NCBI GenBank assembly: GCA_963848965.1
Contig: CAWKFG010000004.1
Span: forward strand, 480,001-544,000
From: an uncultured bacterium
Lineage (GTDB): Bacteria; Babelota; Babeliae; Babelales; Babelaceae
Reading direction: 5' to 3'
DNA length: 64,000 bases
The position numbers and the translations under genes are program-made. The notes under the pieces were generated by a model. The model did not search any database. It had not been told where the DNA came from and was given only the letters and a program-made list of their open reading frames with translations. Below are positions 10,677 through 20,334 of the stretch, one piece after another (position 1 is the first letter of the stretch; each line of letters begins with the position of its first letter).

Positions 10677-11069
10677 ATGAGTATAAAAAAAATGTTATCG
10701 AGTATCCTTATAGCTTGTGCCATATCTACTATACAGGCCATGGAAAAAGATGAAAAACAATCGTTAAAAAAAGAAAAGCAGGCTGAACGCCCTGCGCGAC
10801 AAGATTTTGCAGATATTATCTGGAAGCTCTTACAAGATTCAGTAATAAATTCTTTAAGCATTCTTTACTCAAAAGCAAAACAACAGCACACATCAAGCGC
10901 TTTAGCTTTATATGAATTTTTTAAAGCAGTTCAAGGAAAACATAAAGTAAGTAATGCAAGTATAGGGATTTTAAGAGACTATGGCCTAAGCGATGGTTAT
11001 GGTACTATTCATCCAGATATAGCAGAAATAGCTCGTAACGTTCGGTTTGCCGATGATCAAAAAGAGTAG
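10677..11069 (+). CDS. Hypothetical exported protein
   Basis: Signal peptide ...IQA|MEK. Confidence 0.7.
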   Translation: MSIKKMLSSILIACAISTIQAMEKDEKQSLKKEKQAERPARQDFADIIWKLLQDSVINSLSILYSKAKQQHTSSALALYEFFKAVQGKHKVSNASIGILRDYGLSDGYGTIHPDIAEIARNVRFADDQKE

Positions 11070-11214
11070 TTTTACCTGATCGATAAAAGCATCTGGGGTA
11101 TCTATCATTTATAGCTCGCAATGACTCTAGCTTATAATAAATGCAAATTTTTGCTATAATTAACTGTGTATTATAAGAAAATTTTCTATACCTTTTTATT
11201 CTGATAGTTATACT

Positions 11215-13089
11215 ATGGCAAAAATTAAACAGCTATCTTCAGTTGAAGCACAAAAGATTGCTGCAGGTGAAGTTGTAGAACGACCTGCTAATGTTGTTAA
11301 AGAGCTTGTTGAAAACTCTTTAGATGCAAAAGCTACTGCTATTACTCTCTATATTGAAGATGGTGGCAAGCAGCTCATTCGCATTATTGATAATGGGTAC
11401 GGTATGGATGCAGAAGATGCTCGTATGAGTATAAAGCACCATGCAACAAGTAAAATTATTTCGGTAGATGACTTAGAAACTTTAGCAACATTTGGCTTTC
11501 GTGGAGAAGCACTTTCAAGCATCTCGGCTGTAAGCAAAGTTTCTCTTACAACCAAAGAAACAGATGCACAAACAGGTATCTGTCTTGAAATTGAAGCAGG
11601 TACTGTAGTAAAAGAAGAAGTAATTGCAGGCAATGCAGGGACAGATATCGCTATTGTAGACCTTTTTTATAATGTTCCTGCACGGAAAAAGTTTTTAAAA
11701 ACAAAAGAGACCGAATGGCGCGCTATTGTACAACTTTTTTCTGCCTTTTGTCTTGATTATCCACAGATACATTTTAAACTTTATCATGATGGAAAATTAG
11801 TACATAATTTTCCAAGCGCAACCGATTTGAGCATGCGATTAGCCCAAATGTATGAAAAGGCACTTACACAGCATATGCTTTCAGTAGATATCAAAGATGA
11901 TAAGATGAATTTGAGCATTAAGGGCGCTATTTCTACACCACAGTACCACAGGTATGACCGCAATCAGCTTTTCTTTTTCGTCAATCAACGATGGGTAAAA
12001 AATCATAAACTCTCACAAGCCTTGTTACGTGGCTACCAAAATATCTTACAAACAGACCGGTTCCCTGTTGCCTTTATTTTCATCTTGCTTGATACCGATG
12101 CTGTTGATATCAATATTCATCCACGCAAAGAAGAAGTACAATTTTTGCATCCTCGAATTGTAGAGAGCCTTTTAGAAGCAGGAGTGAAAAAACGGCTTGA
12201 AGAGCATTTTTCTCACACTCTTGGAGCCTCACCGCTTATAAAAAGTACTTTCAGTATACCACAATCTCCCTTTTCAAAACCTCTTGAATATACCTCTCAA
12301 GAAGCAAAGCAGTTAAAAACTGCTGCAGAACAAGCTCAAGATGAAAAGGCATTTTTAGAAATACTTGAAAAAAGCTTTGCAACAGAGCCATTTTCTCCAG
12401 CAACTACTCAGTTGGCTGCGCAGTCATCTGCGTCACAAGCTATAGCACAACAATCAATAGCCCAAACAACGCTCGCTCAATTACCTCATGAGGAAGTTCA
12501 CAGACTTCAGTATCGATTACTTGGTCAAACACTTTTAACATATATTCTTCTAGAAACTTCAGAAGGACTTGTGCTTATTGACCAACATGCTGCACATGAA
12601 CGTATACTATACGAAAGGCTTAAAAAGAATTTTTCTCAAGTTCCTCAAATAAAGCTTTTATTTCCAGAAATTATTACTCTTTCTACACATGATATTACTA
12701 CTTTAGACCCTTATTTTGAGCTTTTTAAACAGTTTGGAGTAAGCATTGAACAACTGAGTCCTACAGAACTTGTCGTTCAAGAAACACCAGTGTTTTTAAA
12801 GAATCAAAAGCTTGATGACCTGGTAAAGCAGGCTCTTGGATGGATCCATGAAGCTCAGCATATTGAGCCTGCACAGCTAAAAAAAACTATGCAAGAAAAA
12901 TTGCATGCACAGCTCAGCTGTAAAGCTGCAGTAAAAGCAGGTGATGAACTTTCTCATGCAAGTATGCATGAACTTATTAAAGATTTATACGCTAGTGAAA
13001 ATAAACTCACCTGCCCTCATGGCCGCCCTACCGTATGGTCACTCACTAAGGCAGAAATAGAAAAGAAATTTAAAAGAGACTATAGATAA
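11215..13089 (+). CDS. mutL: DNA mismatch repair endonuclease MutL
   Basis: IAAGEVVERP, GFRGEAL, DQHAAHERILYE and CPHGRP motifs. Confidence 0.98.
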   Translation: MAKIKQLSSVEAQKIAAGEVVERPANVVKELVENSLDAKATAITLYIEDGGKQLIRIIDNGYGMDAEDARMSIKHHATSKIISVDDLETLATFGFRGEALSSISAVSKVSLTTKETDAQTGICLEIEAGTVVKEEVIAGNAGTDIAIVDLFYNVPARKKFLKTKETEWRAIVQLFSAFCLDYPQIHFKLYHDGKLVHNFPSATDLSMRLAQMYEKALTQHMLSVDIKDDKMNLSIKGAISTPQYHRYDRNQLFFFVNQRWVKNHKLSQALLRGYQNILQTDRFPVAFIFILLDTDAVDINIHPRKEEVQFLHPRIVESLLEAGVKKRLEEHFSHTLGASPLIKSTFSIPQSPFSKPLEYTSQEAKQLKTAAEQAQDEKAFLEILEKSFATEPFSPATTQLAAQSSASQAIAQQSIAQTTLAQLPHEEVHRLQYRLLGQTLLTYILLETSEGLVLIDQHAAHERILYERLKKNFSQVPQIKLLFPEIITLSTHDITTLDPYFELFKQFGVSIEQLSPTELVVQETPVFLKNQKLDDLVKQALGWIHEAQHIEPAQLKKTMQEKLHAQLSCKAAVKAGDELSHASMHELIKDLYASENKLTCPHGRPTVWSLTKAEIEKKFKRDYR

Positions 13090-13091
13090 AC

Positions 13092-13862
13092 ATGAATACA
13101 GAAAAAAAGCTTGATCTTATTATTGCAACAATAAAAGGAGATGTAAAAGCTGTTAAAGAGCTTATTGCACAAACAGTTCCTGTAGATGCTCATGACACTG
13201 ATGGCAATACTGCACTTACGCATGCAGCACGTGAAAACAATAAGCCTATAGCTCGTTTGCTTTTACAAGCTGGAGCTGACCCTAATAGTAAAAATAGTTA
13301 TGGACATACCCCTTTTGCTTTTGCACTTCACCACAAGGATCGCACACTTTTTAAAGAAATGGAAAAAGCAGGTGGAGATCTTACAGTATGCCCTTATATA
13401 CTCATTTGTGCCATAGAAGGAAATCATAGTAGGCTCATTACCTCTTTGATAAAAGAGCCGCATACTCTTTTGCAACGTGATCAAGATGGAGCTACCCCAT
13501 TGTTTGTTGCATGCGATCTTGGCGATAGCACAATCGTTAAAAAGTTATTACGAGCAAAAGCTCCTCTTAATGATCAAGATAAAGAGGGCAATACACCTCT
13601 TATAATAGCTATAATTCGCTATAAACTAGAGGTTATTAAGCTTCTTCTTTCTGCAGGCGCTAATCCTCACATAGCTAATAAAGAGGGAATGACTGCGCTT
13701 GATATAGCTGCAACCGAAAGTAAAGAGATGGTAGAACTGCTTTTACAACATTGCTCATATACCACTATTGAAAAAAAGAGAGCGCTTACACACGCTCTTA
13801 AAACTAACTATAAAGAAGCACGAAAAGCTAGCAAACTTCTAGAATCAGTAATTGGACAGTAG
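13092..13862 (+). CDS. Ankyrin-repeat protein (no signal peptide), cotranscribed with mutL
   Basis: GNTALTHAA, GATPLFVAC, GNTPLIIAI repeats; starts 2 nt after the mutL stop. Confidence 0.9.
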   Translation: MNTEKKLDLIIATIKGDVKAVKELIAQTVPVDAHDTDGNTALTHAARENNKPIARLLLQAGADPNSKNSYGHTPFAFALHHKDRTLFKEMEKAGGDLTVCPYILICAIEGNHSRLITSLIKEPHTLLQRDQDGATPLFVACDLGDSTIVKKLLRAKAPLNDQDKEGNTPLIIAIIRYKLEVIKLLLSAGANPHIANKEGMTALDIAATESKEMVELLLQHCSYTTIEKKRALTHALKTNYKEARKASKLLESVIGQ

Positions 13863-13935
13863 TGTTACTGCATGCTGTATATTAAAATGTACACAGATTT
13901 TCGTATCAGAGAAGTTACTATGCACTTATACCCTC

Positions 13936-14142
13936 TTAACGCAATTTCATTAACCAATAACGAACGAGTAAAGTAAGTGGCGGTAAACGCCGTAAGCCTA
14001 AACCGTAATTGATAAGAATAAAACCGAGTACAACTTGTAATACAGAAGCTATAAAAGGACTTATACCCCATATAACAAGAAGTGCTCCTCCTATAATAGC
14101 AAGCCAACTAATAATAGTGTCTGACTGACGATAACGACTCAT
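13936..14142 (-). CDS. Small two-TM membrane protein
   Basis: ATG at 14142 with AAGGA upstream; two hydrophobic helices. Confidence 0.6.
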   Translation of the reverse strand: MSRYRQSDTIISWLAIIGGALLVIWGISPFIASVLQVVLGFILINYGLGLRRLPPLTLLVRYWLMKLR

Positions 14143-14341
14143 AACATCCTTTAAAAAGAGATACAATAATAGCTTCCTTGAGTTTAATAGCACATTGAAA
14201 AATAGCAAGGCCTCTTCACTCAAGCATAGATAAAAATGTGCTTTTATGCTATATTAATTAGTATAATAGAATTATATACCATAACGCTCTACTAGTAAAT
14301 ATTCTCAAAAGAAAGGCAGCATACTCGATGCTGAAAAAGTA

Positions 14342-15472
14342 ATGGAACCACTCGCTTCAAAAATACGACCTAAAACGCTTGATCAGTTTATTGGCCAAGA
14401 ACATTTAGTTGGTCCTGGAAAGCCACTTAGAAGAGCTATTGAAAACAAGTATATGTTTAGTTTTATCTTATGGGGCCCTCCAGGAGTTGGCAAGACTACT
14501 TTAGCTCGTATTTATGCACAATCTTTAGATGCTGCTTATTATGAACTTTCTGCAGTATCAGCAAGCAAAGAGGACATTAGAAAGATTATTGAAAGCAAAG
14601 AAGAACAACCTAAAGTGCTGTTTCTAGATGAAATTCATAGATTCAATAAAGCACAACAAGACTTTTTGTTGCCCTATGTTGAATCAGGAGAGTTAACGCT
14701 CATTGGTGCAACAACTGAAAATCCAAGCTTTGAAGTTATACCTGCCCTTCTTTCTCGCTGCCAAGTATTTGTGCTAAAAGAGTTATCTGAGCATGAGCTG
14801 TTTACGATTATCGATCGCAGCGGTTTTACACTGAGTGATGATGTTAAAGAGTATATTGTAAGAGTAGCAAATGGTGATGCTCGACAAGCACTTTCTCTAT
14901 TAGAAAAAACCGCTCAACTGTACGATACTATTACCTTGGAGACCATACAAAGTACCTTACAAAGCGCTCACTTGCGCTACGATAAAAAGACGGAAGAGCA
15001 TTATAACACTATCTCAGCATTTATTAAATCTATGCGAGCATCACAACCTGATGCAGCCTTGTATTATCTTGCTCGTATGGTTGAAGCAGGTGAAGATCCT
15101 AAATTTATAGCACGTCGTATGGTTATCTTTGCCTCTGAAGATATTGGCCTTAAAGATCCACAAGCCTTAACTCTTGCTAATGCTGCATTTAGAGCAGTTG
15201 AGATACTGGGTTATCCTGAATGTGCAATAAACTTAGCACATGTAGTATGCTATCTTTCTTACGCTCCAAAAACAAAAGCATCTTACTATGCTTATTTTAA
15301 AGCTGTCGATGATGTTAAAAAGTATGGTAACCTTCCTATTCCAATGAACATCAGAAATGCACCTACGAAGCTTATGAAAGAGCTAGGATATGGCAAAGGA
15401 TACGAAAAGTATACTCGAGAAGACTTATTGCCCGAGAAATTAAAGGGTAAGAAGTATCTTACTGAAGAGTAA
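14342..15472 (+). CDS. rarA: Replication-associated recombination protein A (MgsA/RarA AAA+ ATPase)
   Basis: [41 protein letters not shown] and [13 protein letters not shown] motifs. Confidence 0.95.
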   Translation: MEPLASKIRPKTLDQFIGQEHLVGPGKPLRRAIENKYMFSFILWGPPGVGKTTLARIYAQSLDAAYYELSAVSASKEDIRKIIESKEEQPKVLFLDEIHRFNKAQQDFLLPYVESGELTLIGATTENPSFEVIPALLSRCQVFVLKELSEHELFTIIDRSGFTLSDDVKEYIVRVANGDARQALSLLEKTAQLYDTITLETIQSTLQSAHLRYDKKTEEHYNTISAFIKSMRASQPDAALYYLARMVEAGEDPKFIARRMVIFASEDIGLKDPQALTLANAAFRAVEILGYPECAINLAHVVCYLSYAPKTKASYYAYFKAVDDVKKYGNLPIPMNIRNAPTKLMKELGYGKGYEKYTREDLLPEKLKGKKYLTEE

Positions 15473-15516
15473 CTCATTGTCATATACCAAAATCCTCTGA
15501 AATCTATCTCACAATC

Positions 15517-15544
15517 TTGACTTTAACGCGCTATACAGTATTCT
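15517..15544 (+). promoter_or_regulatory. Putative sigma70 promoter
   Basis: TTGACT-N16-TATTCT. Confidence 0.45.
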
Positions 15545-15599
15545 TATAAAGATATTATTTCTCTTAATTTCCCTCTTATATGTTCATTGGAGGCGTTGT

Positions 15600-15626
15600 A
15601 TGAAAGTTCTTACTTACATCATCTAA
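15600..15626 (+). CDS. Putative 8-aa leader peptide MKVLTYII
   Basis: GGAGG RBS 6 nt upstream of ATG, between the promoter and the GNAT gene. Confidence 0.4.
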   Translation: MKVLTYII

Positions 15627-15729
15627 ATTGCTAACAAAGAGTTCTTAACTCTGGGCCTTAGCATATTCTTATTATTTTCTATACATCCCTTTAGGGATAA
15701 GTAATCTTTATAGCATTAAAGGATATTCA

Positions 15730-16557
15730 ATGCATTATGCTTTTTGCATACAGGCATCTTTATGCCTTTGCATAACAACCTTTGCACTAGAAGGTTCTGA
15801 ACTTCAACATACAGAAAGACCAAAAACAATGAACAATCAAAAAGAACAACTATCACAGTGGCTCACACATATTCAAAAAACAACTTTCTATCACGGATCA
15901 TTTACAGCTCAAGATACATCTGGCACTACTATTACCTTAGAATGGGAACGAATCGACGGACAGTCTGCAAAACTTACGCAAAAGGTTAAAAGTTTTGCAG
16001 AGATTTTTGCTCACACGTATACAAAGCAGGAGATAGAATTTGCCCGAAAGCATCCAGAAAGAGTCGTACATGAGCACTTTCTAAAAGTGCTCGAACCTCT
16101 TTTTAAAAATGGTAACGATAAAGTAGATTGGAAACAAGCAGAAGAACAACTCTTAGCGCTCTTCAGACAAGTTTTTACAACTACAGATTTTGCCCAGTTT
16201 TCAGGTTCTGACGATATTCATCTATTTGTTATAGCAAAAGAAAAAGAGATTCCTCTTGGAATAATTCAATTTCTTATTACACCTGAATATGCTTATGGTA
16301 CTATCAAAGCTGGCTACTTTGGTATAGAAGCAACTGCACACAATCGAGAGTTAGAAAAAGAGCTTATGGGCTCAATCTTTAAAATACTTCCCGAAACTCA
16401 GCGTATTTTCCTACATACTCGTTCAACGCATAAAAAAGCTCTTAGTATGTATCAATCTTGGGGCTTTAAAGAAGTTCAAGGTCCGTTACCTTATTGGACT
16501 GATTTAGAATACTCTACAGCACATTCTTCTCAATTACAAAAACAACTTGGAGAATAA
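15730..16557 (+). CDS. GNAT-family N-acetyltransferase-like protein with signal peptide
   Basis: C-terminal 'RIFLHTRSTHKKALSMYQSWGF' GNAT motif B; acetyl-CoA motif is degenerate (HNRELEKELM). Confidence 0.7.
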   Translation: MHYAFCIQASLCLCITTFALEGSELQHTERPKTMNNQKEQLSQWLTHIQKTTFYHGSFTAQDTSGTTITLEWERIDGQSAKLTQKVKSFAEIFAHTYTKQEIEFARKHPERVVHEHFLKVLEPLFKNGNDKVDWKQAEEQLLALFRQVFTTTDFAQFSGSDDIHLFVIAKEKEIPLGIIQFLITPEYAYGTIKAGYFGIEATAHNRELEKELMGSIFKILPETQRIFLHTRSTHKKALSMYQSWGFKEVQGPLPYWTDLEYSTAHSSQLQKQLGE

Positions 16558-16569
16558 ACTAAATTCTTT

Positions 16570-16594
16570 GTAGAGCAGCTATAAGCTGCTCTAC
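16570..16594 (+). terminator. Intrinsic terminator
   Basis: GTAGAGCAGCT-ATA-AGCTGCTCTAC followed by TTT. Confidence 0.75.
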
Positions 16595-16645
16595 TTTCTG
16601 CTATACTAGATAAAAACTCTTTACCAATTTTGCAAAGATATAACT

Positions 16646-17242
16646 ATGCACCACCCTCTTCTACATGAACAAGATCAACAGATTTTGTATGATGCTTTAC
16701 ATTACATGAAAGTTTCGGAACTGAAAAGTTGTTGCCAGAGCCTTAGATTGCCTGATGTAGGAAAAAAAGGCGAACTAATACAAAGAATTATGAACTTTAT
16801 TAAGACCGGTACAATAAAAGAACAACAACAAATACCACCTTCATCACATGCAAAGCACCATCTCCCTCAGCCTATTTCCAAGCATGCACTCATGCTCTAT
16901 GTAAGCTACAAAAACGACACAGAAACTCGTATATTTTTCAAATCGCTTATTGGGCCTCATTTTCATTTTACCGCCTTTGGTATTGACTGGCTTAACGAAA
17001 GGTGGCAACAAGGCAATCCTCCTACATACCAAGAATTTGCTGATTTCTGGATCACAGAGACTGAAAGACGTAAGCATACGAAAGCAGAACCAAAAAAAGA
17101 ATGGGCTTATATCAACTTTCTCCAACAAAACAATGAACTCTCTGCATCAGAAGCAATTCTTGCATGGAAAAAGTTGCGTGCTCAGAAAGCACTTCTTGCA
17201 AGAACTATTATTACTACTCTTACAGCACAAATAGTTACCTAA
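16646..17242 (+). CDS. SAP-domain protein with DUF6434-like domain
   Basis: MKVSELKSCCQSLRLPDVGKKGELIQRI (SAP); RIFFKSLIGPHFHFT..W..G..PTY. Confidence 0.7.
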   Translation: MHHPLLHEQDQQILYDALHYMKVSELKSCCQSLRLPDVGKKGELIQRIMNFIKTGTIKEQQQIPPSSHAKHHLPQPISKHALMLYVSYKNDTETRIFFKSLIGPHFHFTAFGIDWLNERWQQGNPPTYQEFADFWITETERRKHTKAEPKKEWAYINFLQQNNELSASEAILAWKKLRAQKALLARTIITTLTAQIVT

Positions 17243-17410
17243 ACTTCAAAAACGCTTAAGAGCCTTTCTAATACATGGTAAACCCAGGCAAACCTTTTCT
17301 ATTTTCTTATATATGACTTTCTTCTACATCTAATTTACGATAGACAAAAAACATATTTTTGATATTATGAAAAATATGTTTTATTATAAAATAAAAATTA
17401 AGGAAGCTAT

Positions 17411-18685
17411 ATGTTGTATATATTTTTTATTTTTTCTCTTTTTTATTGCTCTTTCCAATTGCAGTGTATGGAGCAGAGCACTAATACACTATCTTCAGAA
17501 TCTTTATCAAAGAAGCAAATGGACACCTTACTTATAGAAGCAGCACAGCTTAAAGATCTTACTGAAATTGAAGACTTTCTTCTAACAAAACTAAAAGGCA
17601 ACAAAACTCTCTATGAGCAAAGAGGCTATACGGCTTTAATGTGGGCTACATGGAATGGCTATACCGAGTTAGTAAAACTACTATTAAGTAAAGGTGATGA
17701 TCCTAATAAAAAAAGCAAAGAAGGCGCTTGGACTCCTTTATTATATGCAACACAAAAAGGCCATAAAGATATCATAGAGTTACTTTTAGCTCATGGAGCC
17801 GATGTTAATACTCAAGACAAATCTGGCAAAGCTGCTTTAATGCTTGTTGCTTATAAAGGTTATAAAGATATTGTAGAGCTACTTTTAGCCTATGGAGCTG
17901 ATGTTAATACCAAAGATAAGAACTGGGAAACAGCCTTAATGTATGCTTCACTATTCAACCATAAAGAAGTTGTGGAGCTCCTCATTAATCATAATGCTCC
18001 CATAAATTCTCTCGACTGTTATGGTGGTACTGCTTTAAGTAAAGCAGCCCAAAACAAACATAAAGAAATAGCTGCATTTCTTATAAGCAAAGGAGCAGAT
18101 GCTAATGCTAACGTACATGATAACGTCGCACATGGCTTTACCGCTCTAGATTATGCTCGCATAAAGGAATGCAAGGAACTTATTCATCTTTTAGAGTTAT
18201 GCAATGATGCTGAAGTACAAGCATATCTTAAAGATCCTCAAGGATATGCTGAAAAAAAACAGTATGTCACTGATACCGTAACAACACTTATGCTCGCATG
18301 TGCCTTTGGTCATACTAACATTATCTCCTACTACAAAAATCACCCTTCCGAGTATATTAATGCACAAGATAGTAATGGCTACACAGCCTTTGACTATGCT
18401 TTACACTTTAACAAAAGAAGCGCTGCTACACTTATTCATACTTTTGGAAATAAAATTGATAAAGTAAAAAATAACAAACAAGAACTTCTTAAAGATGCAA
18501 TAGAACAAAAAGATGTAGGATTAATTACAGCTCTTTTAAATGCGGGAGCAGCACCTCTAGGAATAGCTCAAACCCAAGAAGCTGGATTTTTAAATATTCT
18601 ACCAAAAGATATTTTTGCTTATCTTCTTCTCTTTTTAAACAGCACAACAAAACCAAAAGATAAACCTCAGAACTCTCCTGAATAA
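17411..18685 (+). CDS. Exported ankyrin-repeat protein with C-terminal F-box-like motif
   Basis: Signal peptide; tandem ankyrin repeats; GFLNILPKDIFAYLLLFL near the C-terminus. Confidence 0.9.
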   Translation: MLYIFFIFSLFYCSFQLQCMEQSTNTLSSESLSKKQMDTLLIEAAQLKDLTEIEDFLLTKLKGNKTLYEQRGYTALMWATWNGYTELVKLLLSKGDDPNKKSKEGAWTPLLYATQKGHKDIIELLLAHGADVNTQDKSGKAALMLVAYKGYKDIVELLLAYGADVNTKDKNWETALMYASLFNHKEVVELLINHNAPINSLDCYGGTALSKAAQNKHKEIAAFLISKGADANANVHDNVAHGFTALDYARIKECKELIHLLELCNDAEVQAYLKDPQGYAEKKQYVTDTVTTLMLACAFGHTNIISYYKNHPSEYINAQDSNGYTAFDYALHFNKRSAATLIHTFGNKIDKVKNNKQELLKDAIEQKDVGLITALLNAGAAPLGIAQTQEAGFLNILPKDIFAYLLLFLNSTTKPKDKPQNSPE

Positions 18686-18693
18686 CTATAAGC

Positions 18694-18719
18694 GAGGCCA
18701 CTATTTTATTAGTGGCCTC
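18694..18719 (+). terminator. Hairpin after ankyrin gene
   Basis: GAGGCCACTA-TTTTAT-TAGTGGCCTC. Confidence 0.65.
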
Positions 18720-18746
18720 AATTTAAGCTATAATTCACTTTTAAGT

Positions 18747-18827
18747 CTGATTTTTATACATATTACCACAAAACTTACCCTGATTTTTATACATAATTGA
18801 CCAAAACTTAGTCTGTTTTTTATACAT
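18747..18827 (+). repeat. Three direct repeats CTG(A/T)TTTTTATACAT at 33-bp period
   Basis: Copies start at 18747, 18780 and 18813, just upstream of the ATG at 18839. Confidence 0.85.
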
Positions 18828-18838
18828 GAAGGGATTCA

Positions 18839-19219
18839 ATGAAGAGAATAATAGACTCTTTTTTAATGGATTGGAAAAATCAAGGAAATAGAAAGCCTTT
18901 ACTCTTAAGAGGAGCCCGACAAGTTGGCAAAACTCATGCAGCAAGAAAACTTGGACGATCTTTTCCTCATTTTGTCGAAATCAACTTAGAGTCAAATGAA
19001 GCTGCCCGAAAAATTATTGAAAAAGATCTGGATATTGATCGTATTATTTGCAACTTTCTGAACTGTTACAACTCTCCCTATGGAATACGATTTTGGGCAC
19101 ACAATGAAGAAATTCAAAGTAAAATACATTTATATCCTTTATACGTTATAGCCAAGCCATTACTTGACGGTAATGGACATATGCATAAAGCTATAAAGAG
19201 CTTGGTAAATAGCATCTAA
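18839..19219 (+). pseudogene. Internally deleted AAA_14/DUF4143 ATPase
   Basis: N-terminus RKPLLLRGARQVGKT...VEINLE matches the 23710 gene; no Walker B; jumps to a C-terminal-type 'GIRF...YPLY' segment. Confidence 0.8.
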
Positions 19220-19375
19220 TATATAATGATCAGAGCATATCAAATTTGAAAACAAGTCTTAAAATCATAATTACCCAGCAAAGCAAGTAATAATCCTATC
19301 AGAGCCTAAGCAGCTTGACACATTACAAATCTTGTGAAAAACTAATATTAGTCATTTTATAATTGAAAGGTATTT

Positions 19376-20275
19376 ATGAAAAACGTTTTATATTTTATGA
19401 GCATAATATTTTTATCTTATGCACCTATTTGTCATCCAATGGAAAGAGACATAACTACTAACCAAGCCCTAGCTGAAGAAGTTATTAAGGCTGCACATAC
19501 AGGCAATGTTCCGAGGCTCAGAAAGTTAAGCAGACAGACTAATATTGCTCATGTTGTTGACGAAACTTTTGGAGCAAGTCCACTATTCTGGGCAATTGAT
19601 GCTAACTCAGAAGAAACAGTTAAATTTCTATTAGATGAAACAACTATAGATGTTAATAAACGAAATAAATTTCTTACTACTCCATTGCTATTTGCTGTTG
19701 AAAAGCCCGGTAAACTAGCTATTGTAAAGCTCCTTTTAGCAAAAAATGGTATAGATCTTGAAGCAAAAGGTAGTGGTAATGTAACTGCATTGCAACGAGC
19801 AGATGCAGAGTATAAAGAAATATTAAAAGCTGCTGGTTCAGATATTAGCTGGAATCCCTATGAATTAGCACAAGCTATTAACTTAGGTCAAATAGAAAAG
19901 CTCAGACAATTTATTAAAGAGCATCGCTCAAAATTCACTAGCACTCATTTTATAGAAGCCATTTTAGTTGCTAAACGACATCCTGAATCGCTTGAAATTC
20001 TCTTACAAGAGTTTTTTGGATCTACACTAGTACGCGTTATGTGGTCTGCAGAAGTAGCAACACACGAAAATTTTGATCAATTATTTGATAAATGCACTGA
20101 AATTGGAGAGCTTGTATTGTTAGATCATAACTTAAATTTTATCGCTATGTGGTTGAGACCAGAAAAGATGAATGGTATTGATCAGGAAACTTATAAAAAA
20201 AATGTATTGACTGGTAGGGTACTACAATCTCCAACAAATCCTAACATCCTCATACTAATAACAAAAAAGATTTGA
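19376..20275 (+). CDS. Exported ankyrin-repeat protein
   Basis: Signal peptide; GASPLFWAI, TTPLLFAV repeats. Confidence 0.85.
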   Translation: MKNVLYFMSIIFLSYAPICHPMERDITTNQALAEEVIKAAHTGNVPRLRKLSRQTNIAHVVDETFGASPLFWAIDANSEETVKFLLDETTIDVNKRNKFLTTPLLFAVEKPGKLAIVKLLLAKNGIDLEAKGSGNVTALQRADAEYKEILKAAGSDISWNPYELAQAINLGQIEKLRQFIKEHRSKFTSTHFIEAILVAKRHPESLEILLQEFFGSTLVRVMWSAEVATHENFDQLFDKCTEIGELVLLDHNLNFIAMWLRPEKMNGIDQETYKKNVLTGRVLQSPTNPNILILITKKI

Positions 20276-20301
20276 TAGCGGTATAAAAAGATACTATAAG
20301 G

Positions 20302-20329
20302 AAAGAGCCTCAGTAAACTGAGGCTCTTT
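20302..20329. terminator. Bidirectional intrinsic terminator
   Basis: AAAGAGCCTCAGT-AA-ACTGAGGCTCTTT between convergent genes. Confidence 0.8.
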
Positions 20330-20334
20330 TTATT

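Noticed and set aside
18747..18827. 33-bp periodic repeats as a CRISPR array
   Set aside because: Repeats are about 15 bp with about 18-bp related spacers, only three copies, and no cas genes in the window.
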